DNA from: an uncultured Actinomycetes bacterium
Lineage (GTDB): Bacteria > Actinomycetota > Acidimicrobiia > Acidimicrobiales > Ilumatobacteraceae
NCBI GenBank assembly: GCA_963828405.1
Contig: CAWHEG010000027.1
Coordinates: 839 to 64,838, forward strand
Length of the DNA: 64,000 nucleotides
Reading direction: 5' to 3'
The translations under genes were made by a program, and so were the position numbers. Below, in pieces: positions 38,364-47,699 of the stretch. Position 1 is the first letter of the stretch. Every line of letters starts with the position of its first letter. Under the pieces are notes generated by a model that did not search any database, had not been told where the DNA came from, and saw only the letters and a program-made list of their open reading frames with translations.

Positions 38364-40238
38364 TCAGAGTGCCGTCACCTGCAGCTGGCCATCGCTCGAC
38401 GACACGACCGGCGACTCACGGCCGCTGATCCCTGCCTCGCAGAGGCTGATCAGCCGCTCCTTGGCGAGCTCGTCGGCGATCGGGGCGAGCAGCGCCTCGG
38501 CCTGCGCGGCGGTGAACCCGGGGACGATGGCGTGGGAGATCTCGGGGTGGAAGGGCCGGACGTCGACCTCGCCGTCGCCGAACAGCTCCTCGTGCATCTT
38601 CTCGCCGACGCGCAGACCGGTGTAGACGATGTCGATCGGGCGCATCGCCCGCGAGGCCATCAGCTTGGCGACGGCGTCGATCAGCACCGGCTCGCCCATC
38701 TCGAGCACGAGCACCTCGCCGGCGCGGCCGTGGACGGCGGCCTGCAGGGTGAGCGTCACGGCCTCTTCGATCATCATGAAGTAGCGGGTGGTCTCGGGGT
38801 GCGTCACCGTGATCGGGCCGCCGCGGGCGATCTGACCCTCGAAGGTGATCAGCATCGACCCACGCGAGCCGAGCACGTTGCCGAAGCGAACCGACAGGTA
38901 CGGCCGTCCCGTCCTGGCAGCCATCGTCGAGGTCAGCCGCTCGGTGGCCCGCTTCGAGTAGCCGAGGATGTTGAACGGGTTGGCGGCCTTGTCGGTCGAG
39001 ATGTTGATGAACTGCTCGACGTGGTGGTTCGCCGCGGCCTCGAGGACGTTCTGCGTGCCGTAGACGTTGGTCTTGAGCGCCTCGGCCGGGAAGCGCTCGA
39101 GCATCGGGACGTGCTTGAGGGCGGCGGCGTGGAAGACGATCTCGGGCTGGTGCTCGGCGAAGACCGCGTCGAGGGCGCCGGCGTCGCGGATGTCGCACAG
39201 CACGACGCCGGCGGCCTCGAGGTCGGCGCGGCCCGACAGGCTGAGGATCAGCCCGTGCAACGCGCTCTCGTCGCGGTCGAGCATCACGAGGCTCGCCGGG
39301 TTGAAGCGGTGGATCTGGCGGCACAGCTCCGAGCCGATCGATCCGCCGGCACCGGTGACGAGCACGCGGCGGCCCTCGAGCAAGGTGGCGATCTGGTCGA
39401 GCTCGATCGAGATCATCCGCCGGCCGAGAAGGTCGGCCTCGGTGACCCCGGAGATGGTGTCGACGCCCAGGCCGTCCATCAGGCCGCCCGGGTTGCGCAG
39501 CACCAGGGCCCGCAGTCCGTGGCGCTCGATCTCGCCGACGATCTCGCGCAGCTGCTCGCGGCTGGCGCTCGGGATGGCGACGAGCACGGTCTTGGCCTCG
39601 TACTGGCCGGCGACCTCGGCGATGTCGCGCCGCCCGCCATGGACCTTGACGCCGCCCAGCGAACGCAGGCGCTTCGACGGGTCGTCGTCGAGGAGGGCGA
39701 CGGGGAGGTAGGGCGACTTGGGCTCGAGCAGCGTCGGCAGGATCACGGCCGCCGCCGTCCCGGCGCCGAAGATGATCAACGGTTCGCCGGCGATCGCCCC
39801 GGCCCGGTTGCGAGAGTCACGCCAGTAGCGCCACAGCGCCCGGGGGATCGTCATCGCCGCGAACGCAGCGGGGCCGGCCAGGGTGGCGGCCCGGGCGGAG
39901 TAGACATCGGTCAGGCCGATGCCCGCGGCGAGCAGGGCGGTGCTCACCGCCACGGTGATGCCCGTCGTGCGCAGCTCGTCGAACGAGCCCGGCCTCCAGC
40001 CGCCGCGGTAGATGCGCGTGGCCAGGCCGACGACCAGCTGGATGACGGCGACGAGGAGGATCGCCTTCGTGCAGGCGCCGAACTCCACGCCGCTCGTTCC
40101 CCGCGAGGTGAGCAGGAACCAACTGGCGGTCAGAGCAATGGCCCACGAGCCGACATCTGCCACGTAGAGTGGTAGAGAACTCTTGGGAAGCCACGCGGGA
40201 CGACTCAGTCGCAACTGGAGCGGCTGTGTGCCTGCCAT
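38364..40238 (-). CDS. Membrane-anchored NDP-sugar 4,6-dehydratase/epimerase (CapD/WbpM/PglF family)
   Basis: It has four N-terminal TM segments, then VLVTGAGGSIGSELCRQI and a C-terminal SDR dehydratase domain. I start it at ATG 40238, which has a GGAAGGAAA RBS. Confidence 0.93.
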   Translation of the reverse strand: MAGTQPLQLRLSRPAWLPKSSLPLYVADVGSWAIALTASWFLLTSRGTSGVEFGACTKAILLVAVIQLVVGLATRIYRGGWRPGSFDELRTTGITVAVSTALLAAGIGLTDVYSARAATLAGPAAFAAMTIPRALWRYWRDSRNRAGAIAGEPLIIFGAGTAAAVILPTLLEPKSPYLPVALLDDDPSKRLRSLGGVKVHGGRRDIAEVAGQYEAKTVLVAIPSASREQLREIVGEIERHGLRALVLRNPGGLMDGLGVDTISGVTEADLLGRRMISIELDQIATLLEGRRVLVTGAGGSIGSELCRQIHRFNPASLVMLDRDESALHGLILSLSGRADLEAAGVVLCDIRDAGALDAVFAEHQPEIVFHAAALKHVPMLERFPAEALKTNVYGTQNVLEAAANHHVEQFINISTDKAANPFNILGYSKRATERLTSTMAARTGRPYLSVRFGNVLGSRGSMLITFEGQIARGGPITVTHPETTRYFMMIEEAVTLTLQAAVHGRAGEVLVLEMGEPVLIDAVAKLMASRAMRPIDIVYTGLRVGEKMHEELFGDGEVDVRPFHPEISHAIVPGFTAAQAEALLAPIADELAKERLISLCEAGISGRESPVVSSSDGQLQVTAL

Positions 40239-40437
40239 GTTCGTTTCCTTCCGATTCACGCGCCGCCGGTACGTATGTGGACGCTGTAAGAGGTTTGAGG
40301 GCGGTCCGCCGGACCATTTCCGTACGAAGAGCAATCTACGTGACGCGGCTCTCCTTCCGTAGAAGCCATCCGGCCCATTCCATCACCTCACGGCCTGTCA
40401 CCGGTTCCTGATCAGGGAGTGCTGCGTTCGTCACCTA

Positions 40438-41916
40438 GTGTTGCATCCCATCGAACAGCGCAGCCTCACCTTGACGCGCCCGGCGCGCGCCCGTCCGACG
40501 GCGGTACGCCGCAGACCGGCTTCCAGCCGTTGGACGGCCTTCGCCCTCGCCTTCGCCCCGGCGATGCAGTGGACGACGGTCGGCGGCCTCGTGCCCGGCG
40601 ACCTGGTCATCCTGCCGATCGTTGCCGTCGGGCTGCTGCGCCGCGACCACGCCGATCAGGCCGCTGTCCGGCTCCGGCATCGCCTGTTCGTCCCCGCCCT
40701 GATCATCGGCCTGGGGTCGATGCTCGCCCTGATCGACATCGGGCTCACCTCGTGGGCGGCCAGAACGCTGCTCCAGGACGTGATCGTCACCTTCACGTTC
40801 CTCGGTGTCCTGTCGTTCGCCCGGTCGAAGCGCTTCCCGACCGCCAGAGTGACCGAGGCGATCATGGCGGCCGGACTCTTCGTGTCGGTGATCGTCCTCG
40901 CCCAAGGCGGCTACCGGCCGGCGGCGACGTTCGCCCAGACGAACATGACGGCCCACTTCATCGCCGCCTGCTTCGTGTTCACGCTCACACGCGCCTCGAC
41001 GCGCCGGCGCCTCGTGGCGCTGCCGATCATGTTGGCCTCCGTGGTGATCACGGGTTCCTTCGGCGCCCTGCTGTCGCTCGCCGTGGTGGTCGCCTGGTTC
41101 GGGTACGGGGTGATGCGCTCCCGCCTCCACCGCACTCCGGCTGCGCTGGTGATGCTGACGTGGGGGCTGCTGGTCGGCGGGATCGGCCTGGCGGCGAGCA
41201 GCACGATCTCGGCCGAACTCACCTCGGCGGACACCGCCGAGGGCCTGAGTGCCAAGCGGCTCGATCGCAGCGGAGAGGGCCGCAAGGTCATCTGGCTCGA
41301 CGGGCTGCATGCCCTGCGCGACGACCCGCTGGGCATCGGCCCCGGGGGGTTCAAACCGTTGAAGATCCACGTGAAGGTCGTCAACGGCGAACTCGACGCG
41401 TCCGAGATCCACCACGACACCATCGGCTACGTCGTCGAGCGGGGGTACATCGGATTCGCCGGCCTGTGCCTGCTGGTGTGGGTGCTCTGGTCGTCGGGTC
41501 GCAAGCGCAACGCCCTGCGGGGCCTGCTGATCATGAACGGCGTCGCCGGCCTGTTCCGCGAGACGCTCCACTTCCGGCACTTGTGGATCTTCGTCGCCCT
41601 CGCCCTGGCCGGCGAGCTCTCCGAAGTCCGTCCCGGCCCCTGGCGGGTCGGCGGCCGGCCGAAGCGGTTCCTCGCCGCGGTCGGCGAGCCCACCGGCCGC
41701 CCGCGGAGCCGTGCCCGGCGCCTGCAGGCGACGGCCGGGGTGGTTCAGGTGCCCGCTCGTCATGGACGGGTCAGGCGGCTCGACACCGGCCGACCTGCCG
41801 CGTCCGAGGCAGGCGCGGCGCCAACGCCGCGGTCCGGGCGGCCTCGTCGTCCAGCCGGTCGGGCGGATCCGGCGAGCCACCGGACGGTGCGACCGCGGCG
41901 CAGGCAGCGACGCTGA
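40438..41916 (+). CDS. O-antigen ligase/polymerase-family membrane protein, paralog 2
   Basis: ITGSFGALLSLAVV, RKVIWLDGLHALRDDPLGIGPGGF...EIHHDTIGYVVERG. It has a long Arg-rich tail. The start is GTG 40438. Confidence 0.85.
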   Translation: MLHPIEQRSLTLTRPARARPTAVRRRPASSRWTAFALAFAPAMQWTTVGGLVPGDLVILPIVAVGLLRRDHADQAAVRLRHRLFVPALIIGLGSMLALIDIGLTSWAARTLLQDVIVTFTFLGVLSFARSKRFPTARVTEAIMAAGLFVSVIVLAQGGYRPAATFAQTNMTAHFIAACFVFTLTRASTRRRLVALPIMLASVVITGSFGALLSLAVVVAWFGYGVMRSRLHRTPAALVMLTWGLLVGGIGLAASSTISAELTSADTAEGLSAKRLDRSGEGRKVIWLDGLHALRDDPLGIGPGGFKPLKIHVKVVNGELDASEIHHDTIGYVVERGYIGFAGLCLLVWVLWSSGRKRNALRGLLIMNGVAGLFRETLHFRHLWIFVALALAGELSEVRPGPWRVGGRPKRFLAAVGEPTGRPRSRARRLQATAGVVQVPARHGRVRRLDTGRPAASEAGAAPTPRSGRPRRPAGRADPASHRTVRPRRRQRR

Positions 41917-41981
41917 GTCGAATCGGCGGACCTCGCGAACCGTGGGCGGGTCCAGCAGCATCTACACGCCCCCCCTGGCGA

Positions 41982-42284
41982 ATGATCGTTGTCGACACCG
42001 GTGTGCTGCTCGCTGTCGCTGACGCCGACGACCGCTGGCACCTCGCCAGCACAACGTTGCTCGCCAGCTACCCGTCCAGCCAGCTGATCCTGCCCGCCCC
42101 GGTGATCCCCGTCGCCGAACTCGTCGGGCAATATGCCGAAATGGACCTCGGCACCGTCGACGCCGCCGTCATCGCCGTCGCCGAGCGACTCAACGTGAGC
42201 ACCCTGGCCACGATCAACCCGAGAGATTTCCGAGTCGTCAGACCCGCCCACTGCGACGCCTTCGAACTCGTCCCCGCACTCTGA
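41982..42284 (+). CDS. PIN-domain (VapC-like) protein, apparently internally deleted
   Basis: MIVVDTGVLLAVADADDRWH...LILPAPVIPVAELVGQYAEMDLGTVDAAVIAVAERLNVSTLATINPRDFRVVRP. About 100 aa are present against the usual ~130; the segment between the second strand and the 'aeLv.rY' helix is missing. Confidence 0.6.
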   Translation: MIVVDTGVLLAVADADDRWHLASTTLLASYPSSQLILPAPVIPVAELVGQYAEMDLGTVDAAVIAVAERLNVSTLATINPRDFRVVRPAHCDAFELVPAL

Positions 42285-42367
42285 CCGCACCGGGGGATGG
42301 TCGGCCCAAAACGCACCCGGCTGCGAGACCTGCACCCGTGAGCGATCGTCGCCGGCAGCGCGGCGGG

Positions 42368-43552
42368 TCAGCCGGCCTGGTTGAGGAACGACGCCGTCGA
42401 CTCGACGACGCGCTCGACGTCGCTCGACGTCATCCCCGGGAACAGCGGCAGGCTGATGATCCGCGAGAACATCTCCTCGGCCACCGGCATGTCGCTGGGG
42501 GCGTACCCCCACTTCTCGTGGTACAGCGGGTGCATGTGCAGCGGGCGGTAGTGCACGCTCGTGCCGATCCCGGCCGCGGCGAGGTGCTGAACCAGGCCGT
42601 TGCGGTCGATCTGGTCGACCGGGCCCTCGAGCACGGCGACATACAGATGCCAGGCGTGCTGCATCCCGGCCTCGACGATCGAGGAGTCGGTGGCGTCGTG
42701 CAGCGGCTTGATGCCGTGCACGTCGTTGAGCAACTTGGAGTACTGCATCGCCAGATCGATGCGTTGGGCCGCCAGGTCGTCGGAGCGGGTGAGCTGCACC
42801 CGGCCGACGGCGGCGGCCACATCGGTGAGGTTGTACTTGAAGCCGGCGTCGAGGATCCGGTAGTCCCAAGGTGCGTTGGTGTCGAACCGACGCCACGCAT
42901 CGCGGCTCAGACCGTGCAGGCTGAGCCGGCGGGCGGTCCCGGCGAGCTCCTCGTCGTCGGTCGTCAGCATCCCGCCCTCGCCGGCGGTGGTGATCGTCTT
43001 GTTGGCGTAGAACGAGAAGCACGTCGAATCGGCCAGCGATCCGATCCTGCGGCCCTTGTAGAGCGTCGGCAGGGAATGGGCCGCATCATCGATCACATAG
43101 GCGCCGACGCCGGCGGCCAGTTCGTTGATGGCGTCCATGTCGGCCGGGAAGCCGGCGTAGTGGACCGGCATGATCGCCCGGGTCCGTTCGGTGAGCTTGG
43201 CCTCCACGGCGGCCGGGTCGATCAGCAGGCTCTCGGGCAGGATGTCGACGAGCACCGGGGTGGCCCCCATGTACTGCACGACCTCGGCCGTCGAGGCGAA
43301 CGTCATCGTCGGCACGATCACCTCGTCGCCCGGACCGATGCCGCGGGCGGCGAGCGCCAGGTGCAGCGCGGCCGTCGCCGAGTTCATCGCGACGGCGTGC
43401 TTGGCGCCGACGTATTCGGCGAACTCGCGCTCGAACTCGACGCAGTTCTTGCCGGTCGTCAGCCATCCCGAACGCAACACCTCCACGGCGGCCTCGACCT
43501 CGGCCTCCCCGAGGGTCGGCTTGAAGAACGGGAGGGGCGCCACAGCGCTCAT
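42368..43552 (-). CDS. DegT/DnrJ/EryC1/StrS-family aminotransferase, paralog 2
   Basis: FFKPTLGEAEVEAAVEVLRSGWLTTG, NSATAALHLA, FSFYANKTITTAGEGGML. I start it at ATG 43552. Confidence 0.93.
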   Translation of the reverse strand: MSAVAPLPFFKPTLGEAEVEAAVEVLRSGWLTTGKNCVEFEREFAEYVGAKHAVAMNSATAALHLALAARGIGPGDEVIVPTMTFASTAEVVQYMGATPVLVDILPESLLIDPAAVEAKLTERTRAIMPVHYAGFPADMDAINELAAGVGAYVIDDAAHSLPTLYKGRRIGSLADSTCFSFYANKTITTAGEGGMLTTDDEELAGTARRLSLHGLSRDAWRRFDTNAPWDYRILDAGFKYNLTDVAAAVGRVQLTRSDDLAAQRIDLAMQYSKLLNDVHGIKPLHDATDSSIVEAGMQHAWHLYVAVLEGPVDQIDRNGLVQHLAAAGIGTSVHYRPLHMHPLYHEKWGYAPSDMPVAEEMFSRIISLPLFPGMTSSDVERVVESTASFLNQAG

Positions 43553-44712
43553 GAACGGACTCCTTGGGGGTGAGCGACGCGGTTGGTCAACCGGTCGAAC
43601 AGGGCGGCGTACTCGGCGGCGACGATGTCGAGCGTCATCGATCCCTCGACGTGCTCGCGCGCCGCCGTGGCGAGTTCCTTGGCGAGCACTGGATCGTGGG
43701 CGAGGCGGATGGCCGCATCGGCCATCGGTTGGGCGGCGCGGGCCGGGATCCGCAGACCCGTCTGTTCGTGGATCACGACGTCCCGGCAGCCGGGCACGTT
43801 GCTGGCCACGAGCGGCACCTCGGCCGCGGCGGCCTCGAGCAGCACCCGCGGGATTCCCTCGCGGTAGGCGGTGGGCAGCATGACCACGTCGGCGGCCGAG
43901 AGCAGGCCCGGCATGTCGGGGCAGTTGCCGCCGTACCGCACCTCGACCTCGCGCCCCTGGAACGCCGTCACCGTCGCCGCGCGGCGGCGGTTGGGCTCCT
44001 CGGGGCCGACGATCAGGAAGACGGCCTCGCGGCCGAGCAGGCCGTCGCACAGGCGTCCCGCCTCGCAGAACTCGGCGACGCCCTTGGCCTTCAACAGGCG
44101 TGAAGCGAGCACGACGAGCCAGCGGTCGCCGATGCGGTACTGCTGGCGCATCACCGCCCCGCGATCGGAGCGCCTGGCTGCGTCGAACGTCTCGAGGCGG
44201 ACCCCCGAGCCGGGGATGACGATGGCCTTGTCGGCGGGGCTCCAGCCCTTGGCGAGGAACAGGGCGTGGTCGTCGGTGTTCTGGAACACGGTGAAGTCGG
44301 CGCGGGCGACGCGTTGGGCGGCGCCGTAGGCGGAACGGAGGGCCAGCCCCTTCGGTCCGGGCGTGGAGTACGACTGGCCGGTACCGGTGACCGTGCGGGT
44401 GTACAGACCCTCGGGGTCGCGCCTGGCGGCGCGCATCGCCAGGGCGCCGGGAACGCTGTCCCAGGCATGGACCAACTGGGCTCCACGGGCGTGGCGCAGT
44501 TCGGCGATGAGCCCGGGCAGCCTGGAGAAGTCGCGGCGCACGTTGCCGCTGCCCACCGCGTGGACCGTGATGCCGTGGTCGGAGGACTCGGCCGACACGG
44601 GGGTGGCGCCGATGCCGGCGAGCTCCACGTCGATGCCGTGCTTGCGCAGCTCGGCGACCATCGGGATGCGGGAGTTGATGTCGTATGCGCCAAAGAAGAT
44701 GATCTTCTTCAC
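43549..44712 (-). CDS. Glycosyltransferase family 4
   Basis: The start is GTG 44712 (V-KKIIFFGAY), with AGGAA upstream. MLPTAYREGIPRVLLEAAAAEVPLVASNVPGCRDVV. It overlaps the downstream gene by 4 nt. Confidence 0.9.
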   Translation of the reverse strand: MKKIIFFGAYDINSRIPMVAELRKHGIDVELAGIGATPVSAESSDHGITVHAVGSGNVRRDFSRLPGLIAELRHARGAQLVHAWDSVPGALAMRAARRDPEGLYTRTVTGTGQSYSTPGPKGLALRSAYGAAQRVARADFTVFQNTDDHALFLAKGWSPADKAIVIPGSGVRLETFDAARRSDRGAVMRQQYRIGDRWLVVLASRLLKAKGVAEFCEAGRLCDGLLGREAVFLIVGPEEPNRRRAATVTAFQGREVEVRYGGNCPDMPGLLSAADVVMLPTAYREGIPRVLLEAAAAEVPLVASNVPGCRDVVIHEQTGLRIPARAAQPMADAAIRLAHDPVLAKELATAAREHVEGSMTLDIVAAEYAALFDRLTNRVAHPQGVRS

Positions 44713-44882
44713 GTCGTTCCTGTCGGGTGTCGCGCCCGATGCGCCGCAGGCGCCGGGGGATGAGTGGGGATGGGACCCGCGCCGCCGCCGGACTCTAGCG
44801 CAGGTGGCCGTCGGGGCCGTGAACGTGGCCCACCGCCTGGCGCGGTGGGCCACTCCACAGTGAGATCGAGGACGCGGAGCCG

Positions 44883-45536
44883 TCAGGCGGCCAGGCCGAG
44901 AGCGGGGTGACCCTGCTCGTCGAGCCGGACCGGCCGGGACAGCACCGTCATCACGATGATCTTGAGGTCGAGCCGCACGCTGCGGTGCTCGGCGTACCAG
45001 CGGGCGAGCTCGAGCTTGTGGGGGAGGATGTTGTCGAGGTACTCGCGCTCCGGATCGGGGGAGGCGGCGAGCAGCTCGGACTCGTTGCGGTAGACCATCG
45101 AGGCGAGATCGGTGATCCCCGGGCGAACCTTGAGCGCCTCGTGGAACTCGTCGGGCATCATCTCCACGTAGCGGGCGACCTCGGGCCGGGGGCCGACGAG
45201 GCTCATGTCGCCGCGCAGGACGTTGAGCAGCTGGGGGAGCTCGTCGATCTTCCACGCCCGCAGACGCCGGCCCACGCGGGTGATGCGCGGGTCGCCGACC
45301 GAGGTGATCAGCGGACCGGTGTTGGAGTTGCGCATGCTGCGGAACTTCAACACGGTGAACGGCACGCCGTTGCGCCCGACGCGGGTCTGGCGATAGATGA
45401 TCGGGCCGTGATCGTCGAGCCACACGGCAAGACCGGCGATGCCCATCAGGGGCAGCGCCGGGATGATGCCGCCGGCGACGAGCAGCAGGTCGAACGCCCG
45501 CTTGACCCGCCCGCTTCGAACGTCGTTGCTTCTCAT
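44883..45536 (-). CDS. Small phosphoglycosyl transferase (bacterial sugar transferase), paralog 2
   Basis: VKRAFDLLL.., KFRSM, DELPQLLNVLRGDMSLVGPRP, PGITDLAS. GGAGG lies 6 nt upstream of ATG 45536; ATG 45542 is an alternative start. Confidence 0.9.
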   Translation of the reverse strand: MRSNDVRSGRVKRAFDLLLVAGGIIPALPLMGIAGLAVWLDDHGPIIYRQTRVGRNGVPFTVLKFRSMRNSNTGPLITSVGDPRITRVGRRLRAWKIDELPQLLNVLRGDMSLVGPRPEVARYVEMMPDEFHEALKVRPGITDLASMVYRNESELLAASPDPEREYLDNILPHKLELARWYAEHRSVRLDLKIIVMTVLSRPVRLDEQGHPALGLAA

Positions 45537-45580
45537 CTCCATCCTCCGAAACTCTGGGGCCGCGTCCGCCGTCGACCATG

Positions 45581-45609
45581 GTGAACTGTTTGTGAACTGG
45601 TGTGAACAG
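45581..45609 (-). promoter_or_regulatory. Three phased direct repeats of GTTCAC(A/C), read on the minus strand; a PHO-box-like / OmpR-family-type operator
   Basis: The plus strand reads gtgaactg(45581) ttt gtgaactg(45592) gt gtgaacag(45602), giving 11- and 10-nt phasing. The repeats lie 45-73 nt upstream of the sugar transferase start at 45536. Confidence 0.45.
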
Positions 45610-45746
45610 CATCGGGCCCACGGGCGGATCCTGCAACGGGACATCCGGACCATCTCTCGCGAAACTTCGCGGAGTGGTGGTGCGAACACAACGTAGGTCG
45701 AACGACCTGACTCGCCGTGATGGGCGATGACCTCTAGCCTCCGGGG

Positions 45747-46451
45747 GTGGCCAAGATGCGCTGGTTCGACCGTTCGCGGGGAGCCCACGTGCGGTCCCCG
45801 TCCTCCCGGCTACCGGGGGCCCAAGCGCCGCGCCCGGCGGCGACGCGGCCGCTCGACGTGCCCGTCGAGGACGACGAGGACCGCCGCCATGGGTGGAAGG
45901 TCCTCGTCGTCTGCACGGCGAACGTCTCGCGTTCCCCGCTCGCCGAGGCCGCCCTCCGACGCCACCTGCGGGCGGCCGGCATCCCGGCCGTCGTCCGTTC
46001 GGCCGGGACGATGGCCACCGAACTGGGTGTCGACGAGCGGATGGTCGAGGCCGGCTACGAGATCGGTGTCGACATCACCGACCACCGCCCCCGCCGGCTC
46101 ACGGGGGACCTGATCGACACCGAGGGGGGCGATCTCCTGATCGGCCTGTCACGTGAGCACCTACGCGAGATCGTCTCGTTGGACGACACCGCCTGGACGC
46201 GGACCTTCACCCTCAAGGAGCTGGTCCGCCGGGCCGAGGCCAACCGCGGCGAGCTCGGCCGCGATCCGGCCCGTTGGACGTCGTGGCTCGGCGAGGGCCG
46301 CGACATCCGTCGACTCCTCGGTGAAGATCCGGCCGACGACGTCAAGGACCCCTACCGCAAGTCGGCAGAGCTCCACCGCGAGGTCGCCGGGGAGATCGAC
46401 GATCTGTGCCGGCGCACGGTGGCGACGCTGTTCGAGGCGATCACGCCCTGA
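45747..46451 (+). CDS. Low-molecular-weight protein-tyrosine phosphatase (Wzb-like) with an N-terminal extension
   Basis: The CX5R(S/T) P-loop is VVCTANVSRSP, and there is a DP motif (VKDPY). The start is uncertain: GTG 45747, ATG 45756, or an internal GTG near 45859. Confidence 0.85.
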   Translation: MAKMRWFDRSRGAHVRSPSSRLPGAQAPRPAATRPLDVPVEDDEDRRHGWKVLVVCTANVSRSPLAEAALRRHLRAAGIPAVVRSAGTMATELGVDERMVEAGYEIGVDITDHRPRRLTGDLIDTEGGDLLIGLSREHLREIVSLDDTAWTRTFTLKELVRRAEANRGELGRDPARWTSWLGEGRDIRRLLGEDPADDVKDPYRKSAELHREVAGEIDDLCRRTVATLFEAITP

Positions 46452-47449
46452 CCTTCGGGGTGCAACGGGCCGAGCCGCTGTCGCTGAACGACTGCCCGGC
46501 GATCGGGCGGAAGGCCCATTCGTAGGAATCGGCGGACAGGTGCAGCTCGAGCACGCCGAACGTGTCGGCGTTGCGGACGGCGCTGTTGGGCTCCTCGGAG
46601 TCGAAGTCGCGCAGGCCCCTGCCACCGGTGCCGACGACGAACTGGCGTGGCCCGGAGGGATCCGGCCGGCCCGACGGATCCTGCGGTTCGAAGCGTTCGT
46701 AGTCGTGGTCGTGCCCGGCGAGCACGACATCGGCGCCATGGCCGGCGAGCACCTCCCAGAACACCTCGAAGTCGTCCGACGAGCCGTGGACCCCCGACGA
46801 GAACCGTGGCTTGTGCCAGTAGGCGGCCAGGCAGGTGGACGGATGCCGGTCGAGGTCGTCGCGCAGCCAGGCCACCTGGGCGGACCCGTCGTCGCACCCG
46901 CCCACCTCGTCGCACTCGCTGTTCAACGCCACGACGTGCCACGCCCCCAGGTCGTAGCTGTACCAGCCCTGAGCCAGGGCTTCCGGCCGACTCGCCGAAG
47001 TAGGCGTAGTACGGGGCGGCGCCCTTCGAGTGGTAGTCGTGGTTGCCGGGAGCGGGCCTGGTGCGGTCGCGCAGCGATCCCCAGGCGGGGTCGTAGCAGT
47101 CGGCGAACTGCTGCGCCGAGCCGTCCTCGTAGGCGTGGTCGCCGAGCGTGGCGACGATCGCCGACGGATCGTCGACCAGCGCGGCAGTGGCCGCTGCCCG
47201 GTCGTCGTCCGGGCAGGAGGCGATGTCGCCGACGGCGACGAGCACGGCCGGCCCGGTGTCCACGGGGTCGGTCGGCAGCGGGCCGGGGGTCGGGGGAGTC
47301 GTCGAGCCGGTCGACGGGAGCACCGTCGGCGTGGACCCGGGCTCCGAGGTGGCCGAGGTGGCCGACGTCGACCCCGTCGCGGTCCGCGGAGCTGGTTGCG
47401 ACGAGCACCCGACGGCCACTGCGGCGACCAGCAGCATCGCCACCCGCAT
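46441..47449 (-). pseudogene. Lipoprotein metallophosphoesterase (calcineurin-like), frameshifted
   Basis: There is a signal sequence plus lipobox (MRVAMLLVAAVAVGC). GDIASC, GDHAYE and GNHDY are in one frame up to ...YYAYFGESAG. GWYSYDLGAWHVVALNSE...GHDHDYER is in a second frame. The junction lies near 46985-46995. Confidence 0.8.
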
Positions 47450-47699
47450 CGGTCGGGATGGACGCCGGTAGGGCAGTCTTTCCGGCCCATTTCGGGCGAT
47501 GCGGTGCGGCCTCAGGATCACATCCCCATACTGTACGGTGCGTGGCGACTGCGTCACACCAGCGCGATCTCCCTGACGATGGGCTAACTGGCATCCTTCT
47601 CCTATCGACGAGGAGAGCGCACACTGGATCAGACCTGCACGGACTGGTCGCCGCGCGCTCGCCGACACCTGGCGACGATCGAGGGAGAGGAGGACGAAG

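Noticed and set aside
40419-42284. A 621-aa plus-strand ORF spans the ligase gene region.
   Set aside because: Only its last 100 codons (the PIN domain from ATG 41982) are meaningful. The rest is an alternative frame of the O-antigen ligase-like gene, whose own frame shows clear TM segments and the conserved loop.
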